Below, one piece after another: positions 1-20,617 of a stretch of DNA of 64,000 bases. The notes under the pieces are model-generated. The model saw only the letters and a list, made by a program, of their open reading frames with translations, did no database searches and had not been told where the DNA came from. The stretch spans positions 730,315 through 794,314 of the forward strand of contig JAWQFM010000019.1 in assembly GCA_033442325.1 (NCBI GenBank), read 5' to 3'. This DNA comes from Salpingoeca rosetta. Taxonomy: Eukaryota > Protista > Choanoflagellata. A program made the translations under genes and the position numbers. The first letter of the stretch is position 1. Each line of letters begins with the position of its first letter.

Positions 1-93
1 GGGGTACGGGTACGGGGTACGGGTACGGGTACGGGTACGGGTACGGGTACGGTACGGACGGTACGGACGGACGACGACGACGACGACGACGAC

Positions 94-96
<3 letters not shown>
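1..96. other. Graded GGGTAC>GGTAC>GGAC>GAC>AC repeat; probable 454 dephasing artefact at a contig end
   Basis: The repeat unit decays continuously into the adjacent (AC)n at 97-138, and the added bases follow the cyclic TACG order. Confidence 0.65.
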
Positions 97-138
<42 letters not shown>

Positions 139-139
<1 letters not shown>

Positions 140-1605
140 GCATTTCTCAAAGTCGTGGAGGAGGCTGCGTGCTGTGTACTGCGTCTCGTGGCCCTGCTGT
201 GAAGTTACCAAAGAGAAGGTGAGGCACGTGAGCAACGCAGAGATGAGTGTGCGTCGTGCGTCAACCCAATGTGCCGTGTGTTGTTGTGCGTCGTGGTTCA
301 AACAGGGGGTTCGCTCACCTCCACAGCTGATGGCATGTCCTCAAAGGCCTTGAGTGCTTGATACAGTTCTGTGAAGAGGGGAAGGGTTGGCAAGGGGGCG
401 AGACAGCATGCAAGCTGGAAATGAATCAAAGCGATGCACGCGAGCAAGCAAGGCCAGGAAGGAAAGAGATGGGGAATGCGTGTTCATAGACGTACGCGTT
501 GACGTGCACATATGCACAGCACGTGCACACGCGGAGAGCACACGCTTCTCCACTCAAACATGCACCACACACGCGCATACAACACACACACACACACGCA
601 CCACATATAATACACACTCAACACTCACGAACATGTACGCACCAACGTCCGTGTTGAGGACCTCCATGTCGTGGCCGAGGGAGTAGAGGGAGTTGGCGGC
701 GGCGTCGCGATACTCAGCAGACGGATGCACTTGCAGAACAAACTCGCAGAGGTCCAACACCTTGCACAACACGTGAGAGATGTGATCCACGCTCTCCAGC
801 GCCTTCTCGTGATGCCCGCGGCTGTGATTGTCCTTCATCTCACGCACCAAGGCGTTCATGTGCGCTCGCGCCTCCTGTTGGAGTCGATTGAGGTGAGGGT
901 GAGGAGGAAGGGAAGAGGAGGCAAAGAGGAGGGGAAGGAAGGAAGTCATTTCAAGGTGAGGCAAGTGAACTTAAGAAACACTGAAGCGAAGAAACACCAG
1001 CGCAGGGCACACGGCAAGAGATCGGGCACGGCAGGAGATCGCACACACACACACATACACACACACACACACAAAAGTGTACGTCCACACACACACACAC
1101 ACACACACGCACACAAAAGTGTACGTTCACACACGCACGCATGCACGCACACACGCACACGCACACACGCGCACACACACGCATACACACACGCACACAC
1201 GCGCACACACACGCACACCTCTTCGATAACAGGAAAGCCGTCCGACGAGAGCAGCCGCATGTTGGTGAAGAGACCGGGCGTGACGCCAACAGCCTTCATC
1301 TCACCGTTGTCCACGATCGAGCGAATGCACTCCCGAACACCGCCATCCTCTTCCTCCGCCTCGTGCAGCGCAGGTCCAGATGAGGCCGCAGCTTTGTTCA
1401 CATCGTCATCAGCAGGCTGGTGGTGCTGCCGCCGCGCTTGCCTGTGTTGCGCACAAGCGGTGGTGGACGATGGCCGCTGTGGCACACGCAAGCACGCGCA
1501 CCGCTTCCACTGATGACGCTCTGCCCGGCCCACCACAGCAGCACCTCTGTTCCTCAAGACACCCGCACCACCCCGCCGCACACACAACAAGCGCCCCGCC
1601 ACCAT
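139..1605 (-). CDS. MIPEP: Mitochondrial intermediate peptidase (M3 family, MIP/Oct1), 5' four exons; gene continues past the window start
   Basis: Exons ~1605-1218 (Arg-rich presequence [13 protein letters not shown]...; [16 protein letters not shown]), ~875-642 ([23 protein letters not shown]...MEVLNTDV), ~368-319 (LYQALKAF) and ~194-139 ([12 protein letters not shown]). These match the MIP N-terminal D.lS..lC.V.D..eF...HP, LNT and DFE.sG motifs. The ORF-track start at 1647 is a TTG; the first ATG is 1605. Confidence 0.85.
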
Positions 1606-1809
1606 CCTCGCTCGCTCGTTTGCTTTGTTCTGCTTCTTCTTTGGCAAAAGGTGTCCGAAAATTCTCCGGAGATTTCAGCTAAACGCCAACAATTGGCGTG
1701 AGCAAACAGGTGACACTCAACCAAAGCAGCAAGTTGTTTACTTCTGACACACACACACACACACACACACATACACACACACACACACATCTCCACAAGC
1801 GGCTTCCTG

Positions 1810-2054
1810 CTAGGCCGCCACTGTTGAGGGCAGCGTCGGGTATGACGCGGGGAAGAGCCAGTCCGCTGCGCGATCAATGACGAACGCACCGACGGCGTCG
1901 ACGCAGATCGCCGTCACCAGCTGCTCGCTCACGTCCGCAGGCAGCTCAACAATCTCAAACATGTCGTTGATGCCAGGGAAGGCCTGTGTGTATTTGTGTG
2001 TGTGTGTGTGAGTATGTCATGTTAGTGGCTGATTTCATGTTCTACACCCACCCG

Positions 2055-2132
<78 letters not shown>

Positions 2133-2418
2133 GCACACACACACACACACACCACACATCTCCATCTCGCCTGTTCAGCGCACCTTTGTATATCGTGCGA
2201 CATCGGGGAGAGAATGTTCTGCTGTCGCCGCCTCTACAACAGCGCCCGTCACACACAGGTCGTTGTNNNNNNNNNNNNNNNNNNNNNNNNNNNNNNNNNN
2301 NNNNNNNNNNNNNNNNNNNNNNNNNNNNNNNNNNNNNNNNNNNNNNNNNNNNNNNNNNNNNNNNNNNNNNNNNNNNNNNNNNNNNNNNNNNNNNNNNNNN
2401 NNNNNNNNNNNNNNNNNN

Positions 2419-2490
<72 letters not shown>

Positions 2491-2766
2491 AAAGCACGTG
2501 AGCTCAGAGGAGCGTGCGACGAGGAGGTGGAAGAAACGCTGCAACCATCCCATTGCACATCAACACCCCTCCACCCTTCACCACCACACCACAACATGCA
2601 CTCCCCTTCCTCATCGTTTCTGTCACCACAAACAAGTACACCTGGATCGAAGTGGATGCGCCCCTCCACGGCCTGAGCTGTGCGGATGGCGGAGAGCAGC
2701 ATGTACACATGGAACGCAAACTGCAGCGCGTGTGTATTGACGTGAGTGATGGTGAGTGTGTGTGCA

Positions 2767-2800
<34 letters not shown>

Positions 2801-4560
2801 TGTATGTGTGTGTGTGTGTGTGTGTGTGGAGGTGGGCGTTCGCCTGCCTGTCCTCTGTTGCTGTGATGTGAGTACATGCGCAAGTGAGTACCAACAACCC
2901 CCCCCCCCCACACACACACACCCTCGCTCCCCCACGTGTGTCACCTGGAGGAGAACGGAGCCGAACATGTATGCTGTGACGCTTGATGCGCGCGGGCGCT
3001 GGGGCGAGAGCTTCTTCTGTGGCCGCGACGCTGACACGAAGTACATCGACATTGCAATCGCCAGCCCGCTCAGCGTCATCTGGCGGTGGTTGCAGGGTGG
3101 TGGTGGTTGTGGCGATCGATGAGTGGGATGTCATATGTATTCAACACAGAGGCGCAACATGTTTCCATGTTCAACAGTCACACACAAGCACGCACACACA
3201 CAAGCACACACACACACACACAAGCACACATGAGCCCATGTTCTCACCTGCGTGTCGCTTAGTTTGATGCCTTCCAAGTAGAGCACACTCAAACTGTGCA
3301 ACCAATGGTCAACGGAGGCGAGAATTGGTGAGCCGACACGCACGCCATCAAGCTCGAGCAAACACGCAAACGCAAACGCAAACGCAAACGCACAAGCACA
3401 CGCACAAACACACGCACAAACACAAGAACGCACAACCACACGCACAACCACAATTCGCACACAAACACAAGAATGCACACGCTCACATGCACGCACGCAC
3501 GCACACACCAGAATGAGTTGATGAGACAGTTGAGGGCAAGAATCTGGATCATCTGATTCGAGACAACGAGCGTTGCCCGGCCCTACAGCAGCAGCAGCAG
3601 CAGCAGCATACACCAGCGGAAGCAACAAAACAGCATGATCATGCGTGCACGTGGATGTACAAGACAATGTCAGTGTGGACCATGAAGGGTGTGCAAGTCC
3701 CTCTCCTTCTCTCGCTGCATGGCCGCAGACAGCTCCACTGACACCACCGTCAGCGCAAGCACCTGGCGAATGAGATGCGTGACACAGCTGCATGACGAAA
3801 TCTTGGACGTGAACGCGGCGGCAATCGAGGCGTCCCCAAGCTTCGGCAAACTGTCCTCCTGGTGGCAGACAGAAGAGGACGGGAGAGGGGGAAAGTGATG
3901 TGTGGTGTCACGGAAGAGAATGAGGATGATGAGAGAAGAGTGCCTGCCGTTGCGGCAACTTCATCACCAACGACAACGGCAACAACAAACAACAAATCAC
4001 ACACAACACACAACACATAACAACAAACATCAATCAGCAAACAACAGTGGCATGCGATTCCCCACCACCACCACCACCACCACTACCACCACTCGCACCA
4101 CCACCACCATCACCACTCGCATCACCCACGTCCCCGCCAGCCACGATGACAGTCTCACCAGGTTCATGGTCTCAAGCTCTCGCTGAAAGTCAAGGAGTGC
4201 TTTCTCGCGCATGGACAGCGCCTCCTGCGCCTTTTTCGACTTTTTCTTCGCTTTCCTGGGCGGCCGCCCGCCAGAGACCAGCGCAATGCCTGCAAGCACC
4301 GGTGGCGGCGGTGGTGGTGGTGTTGAACGTGTGGATGAGTGTGGTGATGCGTTGCTGCTTAGCCGCGCAGTGGAAAGGGGTCGATGACTACTTGAAGACA
4401 TACTGACACAAGACGTGCACACACATACACATACACAGGGACATGGATGGCGACTCACATCAACACAACTCACACACAGACACATACAGGCATAGACACA
4501 TACAGGCACAGACACGGAGGGATGGAGGCACACACACACACTCACACACACACACACACA

Positions 4561-4593
<33 letters not shown>

Positions 4594-4923
4594 TCACACA
4601 CTAATTCACCAACGAGCACACCCCTTCCCCCTCATCCAGCAAACCGACCTGCATCTGCGACCTTGAGCGCGCCCACGTCGTTGGTGCCATCACCGCACAT
4701 GACGGCGGACAGGCCGAGGTGCTGATACGCGCGCACAATGCGCGACTTGTCCTTGGGGCTCGTGCGTGCAAACACCTGTTACAAAAGGGAGAGAGGTAAC
4801 GTGAGTGGGGGTGTGAGATGTGTGGTGGACGCGTCAAACCAGTGACAGATGACACCAGTGACAGGTAAGCATGGGCAGTGTCAGTCAGCCGCACAATCGC
4901 GCACTTCAAAACAAAGACACATG

Positions 4924-5008
<85 letters not shown>

Positions 5009-7792
5009 CACACACACACACCACACATCTCCATCTCGCCTGTTCAGCGCACCTTTGCATAGCGTGCGACGTCGGGGAGAGAATGTTCTGCTGCCGCCGC
5101 CTCCACAACAGCGCCCGTCACACACAGGTCGTTGTTCTGAAACAGTGTGGACAGCTGCTCCGGGGTGAGTGCGTCCAGGGTGCCGGCGTTCGCGTCGTCG
5201 TCGGCAAGGTAGTGCACAAAGTGTCGGCTGGTTGCGTCATGATCGATGACACGGAGCGGACGTGATGCAATCCGCACGCGCCGCGCCACGTAGCACGCCG
5301 TCAGCGGGCTGTCACCTGTTGACGGCGCAGTGGTGTTGACACGCAGTGTGCGAGTGGGTGAGTGGGCAAGTGGGTGGGTGAGTGGGTGGGTGAGTGGGTG
5401 AGTGGGCGGGTGAGTGGGTGGGTGAGTGGGCAAGTGAGCAAGAAAGATGAACCACTCATTGCCATGTGAGAAGTCTTGGGAACCTCGCACAGACACACAC
5501 ACACACAGACACACACACACACGCACGCATGTGCACACCTGTGATCATGACGAGGTGGTGCGAGGAGCGCAGGAGCTGGCGCATGACTTTGCGCGTGTCC
5601 GACTTGAGCGGGGAGCCGAGCACAATGAATCCAACAAACGTCAGGTCCTTCTCCGCCTCCTCGCGACTCAGCCGCTGCACCTTATGCTGTGACACGTGAT
5701 GCGCAATGCGTAACGCGTGATGCGTGATGGGTGGTGTGATGTGCGTGATGGGTGTGTGTGTGTGTGTGAGTTAGTTATGGCAGCGGCAAGATCAACGGCT
5801 TCAATCAAGAGACTTCCACAATACACCACCCTGAACATCAACAGCAATACCTTCCACAACACTTTCCCCTCCCCTCCCACCAGAGTGCAAACCTTCATAT
5901 CAGCAGGCAGAGATTTGTACGCGAGAGCGAGCACACGCTTGCCCTCGCGTGCATAGTGCTTGTGCATCTGCAACGGCACCACAGCAACACCACAAAATAA
6001 ACCACCAAAACAAAGCCCCAAACCACCAAAACAAAAGCAGCGATCTAAAGTGAGCGTGTGGCTAACATGCTCAACGAAGCACCAACCTCTACTTTGCAGC
6101 CAACATAGTCGCAATCTCACAGCAGCAGCAGCGCAAAACTGCTGCACACACGTGCGCTCACATGGACCACACCGCCACCCCTCTCTTCCCTTCTCGCTCG
6201 ACCCATAGCGCACCTCATCAAAGCCGCTGGGGACGGTGGTGAGGCGCGGTCTGATCACCTCCGCTGCGCCCTTGCACACCAGAAAGACGCCTTTCACGCC
6301 CGCGCTCGCAGTCGTGCACACCACAGACATGCGCTTCAGCTCGCTGCGGTGGTGGCGAAGGTGATAGGGAGAGCGAGGGCGAGTGAGCGTGCGCGAGCGA
6401 GTGAGTGAGCACATGTAAGAGGGTGGGAGTGACAGGGGAGAGGGCGCATGTGAAAGCGAGACAGACACAGATACACACACACACGCACACACACACACAC
6501 ATGCAACGCGCAACACCGCACCTGCTGAAGGGGAAGGTGTGGATCTTGCGTGCAGAGAGGTTTGCAGAGGGGCGGGCGACGGTGTCGCGGACACAGCTCC
6601 ACCCAAGACTCGTCAGCACCGCAAGCTCAAGCGGATCACCAACCAGCTCTTTCTCAACCTCAACTGCGTGTGTGTGTGTGTGTGAGTGAGTGTGTGTGTG
6701 TGTGTGAGTGAGTGAGTGAGTGAGTGAATGAGTGAGTGAGTGAGTGTGTGTGTGTGTGTGAGTGAGTGTGTGAGTGTGGGTGAGTGAGTGAGTGTGGGTG
6801 AGTGTGACCATGCAGTACATCGCACTTGATGCAGTGGCAGTGCCGTGCAAGCAAGCACACTAACGCCGACCACGAGTCAATGACAACACGCAACCATCAT
6901 CTCAACCACGACGCACTTCCACGAACAACGACACAGCAGACACAGCACAAAGACACCCCGCTCCCCCAACCCAAAGTCAGCTCAGGCTCAAGGTCCTCCC
7001 AACTGCCACGCACCGACGTCTGTGCACGCTGCGAGGAAGATTTCGGCTCTGCGATCGGATGACATGCGAATGTCAACAGGGTGCAACAGCTTAAAGTCCA
7101 ATGCGCCGCCACCAGCACCCTCGTCACCGTAATCATCATTGTCATCATCATCCTCGTCGTCATCATCATCACCATCACGATGACTGCCATCGCCACCAGT
7201 GCTGATGTTGCTGTCGCACGGCACCACGAGGCCCTGCAGGTTGACCTTGTCCTCCGTGAGCGTGCCGGTCTTATCAAGACAGACCACGCTGGCACGCCCT
7301 GCCATGGGGATGCGAAACGGCTCTGTGCATGTGATGGCAATCGACTTGGCATTCATCGCCTGACGGTGGTGGTGGTGGTGGTGTTGTTGTTGTTGTGAGG
7401 GCGTGAGGTGTTGTGAGGGCGAGAAACATGCAGGGACATGGGTCGTGGCTGAATCAGGTGTGCAGCTGGTGTGTGGAGCAGCTGGTGTGTGTGTCAAGTG
7501 GATGCGCGTGTTGCACTAGCGATCAAACGAGAAAGTACGCCATTCCCGTGTTGCCCCACGTCAGCCGCACAGCACACGTTCACCTTCGACCACCCGTGCA
7601 CACCCACTCGTTTACACCCACGCAGATGCAATCGCGCACATGCAATCGCACGCTGCTGACCTTGAGGGCGTTTGTGATGGCGAGGGAGAGCTGGAGCGGA
7701 AGTTCCGGTGGAATGACAGATGTGATGATGAGCAAACACTCGATGATGAGCGTGTGCAGCGGCCGCTTCGTCGCAAGCCCTGCACCAGTACC

Positions 7793-7832
<40 letters not shown>

Positions 7833-8060
7833 CCACCAGTCGAAGATGAAACACGTGAGATTGTGTGTGTGTGTGTGTGTACGCGAGAGTATGATGTGAG
7901 TGAGAGCACGGCAGAAGAAAGAAGCAAGGGCACTGCATGATGCCTGCTGCATACAGCACACGACAGCTGTAACACAAACCCGGCACAATGAACAGACAGA
8001 CACAAGAGCACAAAGAAAGCTGGGGTCACGGACGCATGTATTCACATCCCTTCCTACACA

Positions 8061-8093
<33 letters not shown>

Positions 8094-8521
8094 ATCATCA
8101 TGCGCGCACCGTGGTTGAAGACGTAGCCAGCTGCTGCGAGGGCAAAGACGAGAAGGAACGAGATGATGGCGAGGCTCTCCCATGTGTTGGCAGATGCCTG
8201 CAAGCAACGCGCACATACACGCACGGGAAGGAGGTGCACCCTTTCAGCAACAACAGCAACACAAGCAGCAGCAACAGCAGAACAGCAGTAACATCGAGCG
8301 ACACTTCTGATGGCACCAACTCACCTGCTCACGACTCGCAAGGAAGGTGCGCACGAGCGTGCCCTGGAACAGCAACAGAAACAGAAACAGTAACAGCATC
8401 ATCAACAGCAGCGGCAGTGATGTTGTTTGTGTCAGGTTGTTCACATGTCAGAACACAACTGGCACACTTTCACAACCCATCACCACACACATACACACAC
8501 ACCTATACACACACCCATCAT

Positions 8522-8567
<46 letters not shown>

Positions 8568-10074
8568 CCCCGCACCCATCATCCACCCACACACTCGCCC
8601 CCCCCCACACAGACACACCGTACGCACCTCCTGCGTGGCAAAGCCAGTCCGAACGACGACACAGAGGCAGCTGGTGTCACGCGGTTTCACAGCTCGCTCC
8701 TTCGGGGCGCCTGTGGTCTGCAGGACCGTTGTGCCAGCAAACACGTAGTAGCGCTTGGCGTCCGGAATAGCGGACAGGCGACTGGACCCGCGGTCCGCAA
8801 GCAGTTTGTCCACGCCCTCCTGCAATCGTGACACAAAGAGTGCAGCAAGGTGAGCGAACGTTGGCATGCACGAACGCTGCACTTGACAATACGTCGCACG
8901 CGGCAAGTATGCGTTTGCTTGCAAGCACACAGCGTCTTGGCAGCGCTTGCGAGGTTTGTGCGCGGGTGAGTCACCCCTATTTCTTTTGCAATATGCAAGT
9001 TTTACGCACCTTGCGCAGTGGCACAGCTTCACCGGTGAGCAGTGCCTCGTTGACAACGCACGTGCCTGCAAGCACCACGACGTCCGCCGGCACCTTGTGC
9101 ATGGCATGCTTTGTGCGGGCTGTGATGTAGACGTGCGAGTGATTGTTGAGTGGCGAGGAAGGGTTATCATCGGCACACCGCGTGGGATGTAGCAACAAGC
9201 AGACAATGGACACAATGCCATCTCACATGCACAGATACAAGCATTGCACGCAACCACGTACTTACAAACGCATGCAGCACGCCACGTCACACTACACATA
9301 ACATCAAAGCACCACCACAACGCCAGATCAACACGTACGAAGTGCAATCAGGTCTCCCGGCACGAGCGAGGCCGTGGAGCGCCACTCCCACTTGCGATCC
9401 CTGGTCATGCGATGATGTGATGATGTGATGATGTGATGATGTGATGATGTGATGATGTGATGGATGGTTGGAAGGAAGGAAGGATGGATGGTGAGTAAAT
9501 TAGCATTGCAGCGTGTGTTCGAGCGTGAAACGGCGACGTGACGAAGTGATACTGAGCCCACTTCAACGCACTTCGAGAGCAACAAAACTAACGACAACAG
9601 TCGCTGTTGAACTGCACAATGCGACGTCACAGCAGCTGGCGTCCGCTCACCTGAACACGCGGAGCTCATAGGGCTTTGGGCGCATGCCTTGCAGCTCATT
9701 CAAGTTCTTCAGGCGCTGTCATGTGACCACACCATCACGCATACACACAGTGCCATGTCAACGAAATCCGCAATGTTGGTCACAGGCGTACCGTCATGTT
9801 TCACATGCACGAACACATGCAAGCGCACACACGCACACATGCACACATGCACGCGCACACACGCACGCACACATGCACACATGCACATACAGAGGAGCGG
9901 ACCTGCTGCGTGGTGATGCGCTCGATGAAGAGGAGCATGGCGAGCGTGACGAGACTGAAGTACCAGTAGTCATCCAACATGTACAGAATCATGCAGAACA
10001 CCTGAACACAACCAACATACGCACACGCACACGCGCGTGCACACACGCACACACACACACGCACACACACACAC

Positions 10075-10110
<36 letters not shown>

Positions 10111-10507
10111 CGCATTCACAAATCACATACACAACACGTACGTACATGCACATGTGGATCGTATCAGCAGCGTGCACAAAGCAACAACAGGAGGGCGGGT
10201 GCTTGAAGCAGATACGCAGTCGTGCTGCACAGGCGCCTCACATCACCCGTCACTCGTACCTGGAACACGAAAATGGGCGCTGTAATTTGTTGAATGTACA
10301 AGTCCCAGAAGGAAGCCGGGTCGATGGTAATGTCGTTGGTCCCAAACTGTGCCGTCAGCTCCTGCACCTTGGCACTACTCAGGCCGGTGCTTTCGCTGCA
10401 AGCACACACACACGCACGTAATAATGAAAAGAGGTTGAAGGCGGCGTGAGCTCGTCGCAGCTCAAGATGCCAAGATTAGTCCGCATCCCGTGCACTCACA
10501 CACACGC

Positions 10508-10590
<83 letters not shown>

Positions 10591-11225
10591 CATGCACACG
10601 CACACACACACTCGCACACACACACACGCACGCACCTGTATGTGGTGAGCTGCTCGTTAACGGGGTACTGGAGAATGTCACAGGTGACTGCTCCAGTGGC
10701 TGCATCAACAAGAACGGTGTACGGCAGCCGCTGGAACACGATACGCGCTGGCCCTTCACCTTTCACAATGTCGCAAATCTCGGCCTTCAATGTCGCGTCT
10801 GTGGGGTGCGCCAGCACGTGTGTCGCCTGGTCCAGCGTGTTCACCTGACGTCGCACCCCACAGCAAGATGAGCGTATCAGTGAATCACAAACTGAGGGAC
10901 GAGCGCAGTCACCAACAGTGCCTCACACACACACACACATACACACACACACACACACAACTGACCGCACCTTTCGAAATTGGAAGAAGGCCTTGGCTTT
11001 GACGGACCACGTGGACGAGAGAAAGGCCACGACGTGCAGTGCCGCAGATGCCGCTGCTGCCAGCAACAAGAGGTGCCACGTGATGTGGTCTGCAACCACA
11101 AAGTGCGCACACGTCGCCAACACAGCAACGTGCATCACTGCAAACGGCCACACATCCCTGCGTGCAGCAACATGGCCTAACCGCCGCAGCAGCACAGCCC
11201 GCTCCACCTCACACACCACATCCAT
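1810..11225 (-). CDS. ATP13A1: P5A-type P-type ATPase (ATP13A1/Spf1), ~20+ exons, with an assembly gap near the 3' end
   Basis: Spliced motifs: APIFVFQ/VFCMILYMLDDYWYFSL, LVPGDLI, VPADVVVLAGTCVVNEALLTGEAVP, VVRTGFATQEG, IITSVIPPELP, CTEPFRIPMAG..CLDKTGTLT (phospho-Asp), LVGDPLE, FPFSSELKRMS, KGAAE, MITGDSPLTA, VFARTSPKDK, MCGDGTNDVGALK, KLGDASIAAAFTSK, QILALNCLI, SLSVLYLEGIK. Last exon 1983-1810 ends in TAG. Start is uncertain (Met at 11225; a possible extra upstream exon ends near 11416). Confidence 0.93.
2151..2266. repeat. Near-identical copy of 5020-5135 (ATP13A1 exon end plus intron start)
   Basis: 116 bp alignment with 5 substitutions (2189, 2193, 2202, 2225, 2235). Both copies are preceded by a long (CA)n. 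Confidence 0.95.
2267..2418. other. Assembly gap (N run)
   Basis: Run of N inside the ATP13A1 gene, flanked by (CA)n on the right. Confidence 1.
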
Positions 11226-11962
11226 ATCCGCTACTGTAAACAAACACCACAAAGTGCAGTGGAATACGCCACCGCTGATTGAGCGAAAGATCTTTCGCTA
11301 ATTTCCCAAAACGCAAACAAACGCGACTCAAGCAAGCAAACAAGCAAGAAGAGAAGGGGAAAACAGGCACTTGTGCCACCGTGCAGTGCAAGTTGTCTCG
11401 TCGCACATCACTCACCACCCTCGTCGCTGTCGTCGCCATTGATCGACGCTGGCTCGCTCGCTCGCTCTGTTTGGCTTGTTTGTCGTGTGACAAAACGAGT
11501 AACTCGGGTGTGTGGATGCGTGTGCCTGTTTGGGTGAGGGAACTTTGATTTGAAAGCAAGTTGAGAGTGCCACATCCATCAAGCACGCAGCGAGCACTCA
11601 ACTGACTGATAATGTGGTGCGTGGCTTGGATGGAAAGTGCTGGCGTGCAAGGGGGTGGCATTTTGGTGTTTTGTTTTGCGCCTGATCATGTCACAACCCA
11701 AACAGAGCCTCACTCTCATGGCCATCTTGCTTGTTTGACCTGTTGACAACTGCCCGCACTGCACGCAGCCCGTCGCCATTCAACGCCAGAAGGTAAGCGG
11801 CACGCTCTGGCGCCATTTTTGCGTTTTGATTGATTGCTCTGCGTATCCTCCAACTTGTGGGTTGCTGTTTCAAGCCATCCTTTGCTGGTCCATGCCGCGC
11901 GTCCTTGACACCGTGCGCACTCGTTTGCTCCCGCTTTCCGTCCACCACCGACTTCTCGCAGG

Positions 11963-19964
<8,002 letters not shown>

Positions 19965-20026
19965 TGCCTGTGTGAGTGAATGTGTGAGTGAGAGTGCGAG
20001 TGGGTGTGCCAGTGTCTTTTGTTGTT

Positions 20027-20095
<69 letters not shown>

Positions 20096-20493
20096 TGTCT
20101 GTCCCCTCTGTCTGTGTGTCCGTGTACGTGATCAAGAGGGTTCACAGCAGGTTCTGTGCTTTCGTCTCATTGTTGTGCCGACATCATTCTTTTCTTGTGT
20201 GATGTGATACAAGCCCTATTGCTGGCGGAATGTTGATTTCTGTTCTTTTATTGTGCGCAAGCGCACCTCCTGACCATTTACAATCTTCCCATTGCGTACA
20301 TGACTGAGTCCGAGCATTACAAGAGGGGGCAGCGGTGGAGAGACACAGATCCTCATCCGCATTACCACATGTGAACAAAATGAACAGGACACACAAACAA
20401 ACGCACGCACGCACACACACACACACGCACACACACACACACGCACGCACGCACACACACACACGAACACACACACGAACACACACACACACG

Positions 20494-20531
<38 letters not shown>

Positions 20532-20617
20532 CACACACATACAAATTGACACTATCGTGAAGCACAAACGCAGTCACTACAATCGCAGGTGCTCGATCTT
20601 CACCCCTCCAACCTGTG

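Noticed and set aside
1-60. Telomeric repeat (GGGTAC)n
   Set aside because: The unit is unstable, grades into (AC)n, and lies within an incomplete gene.
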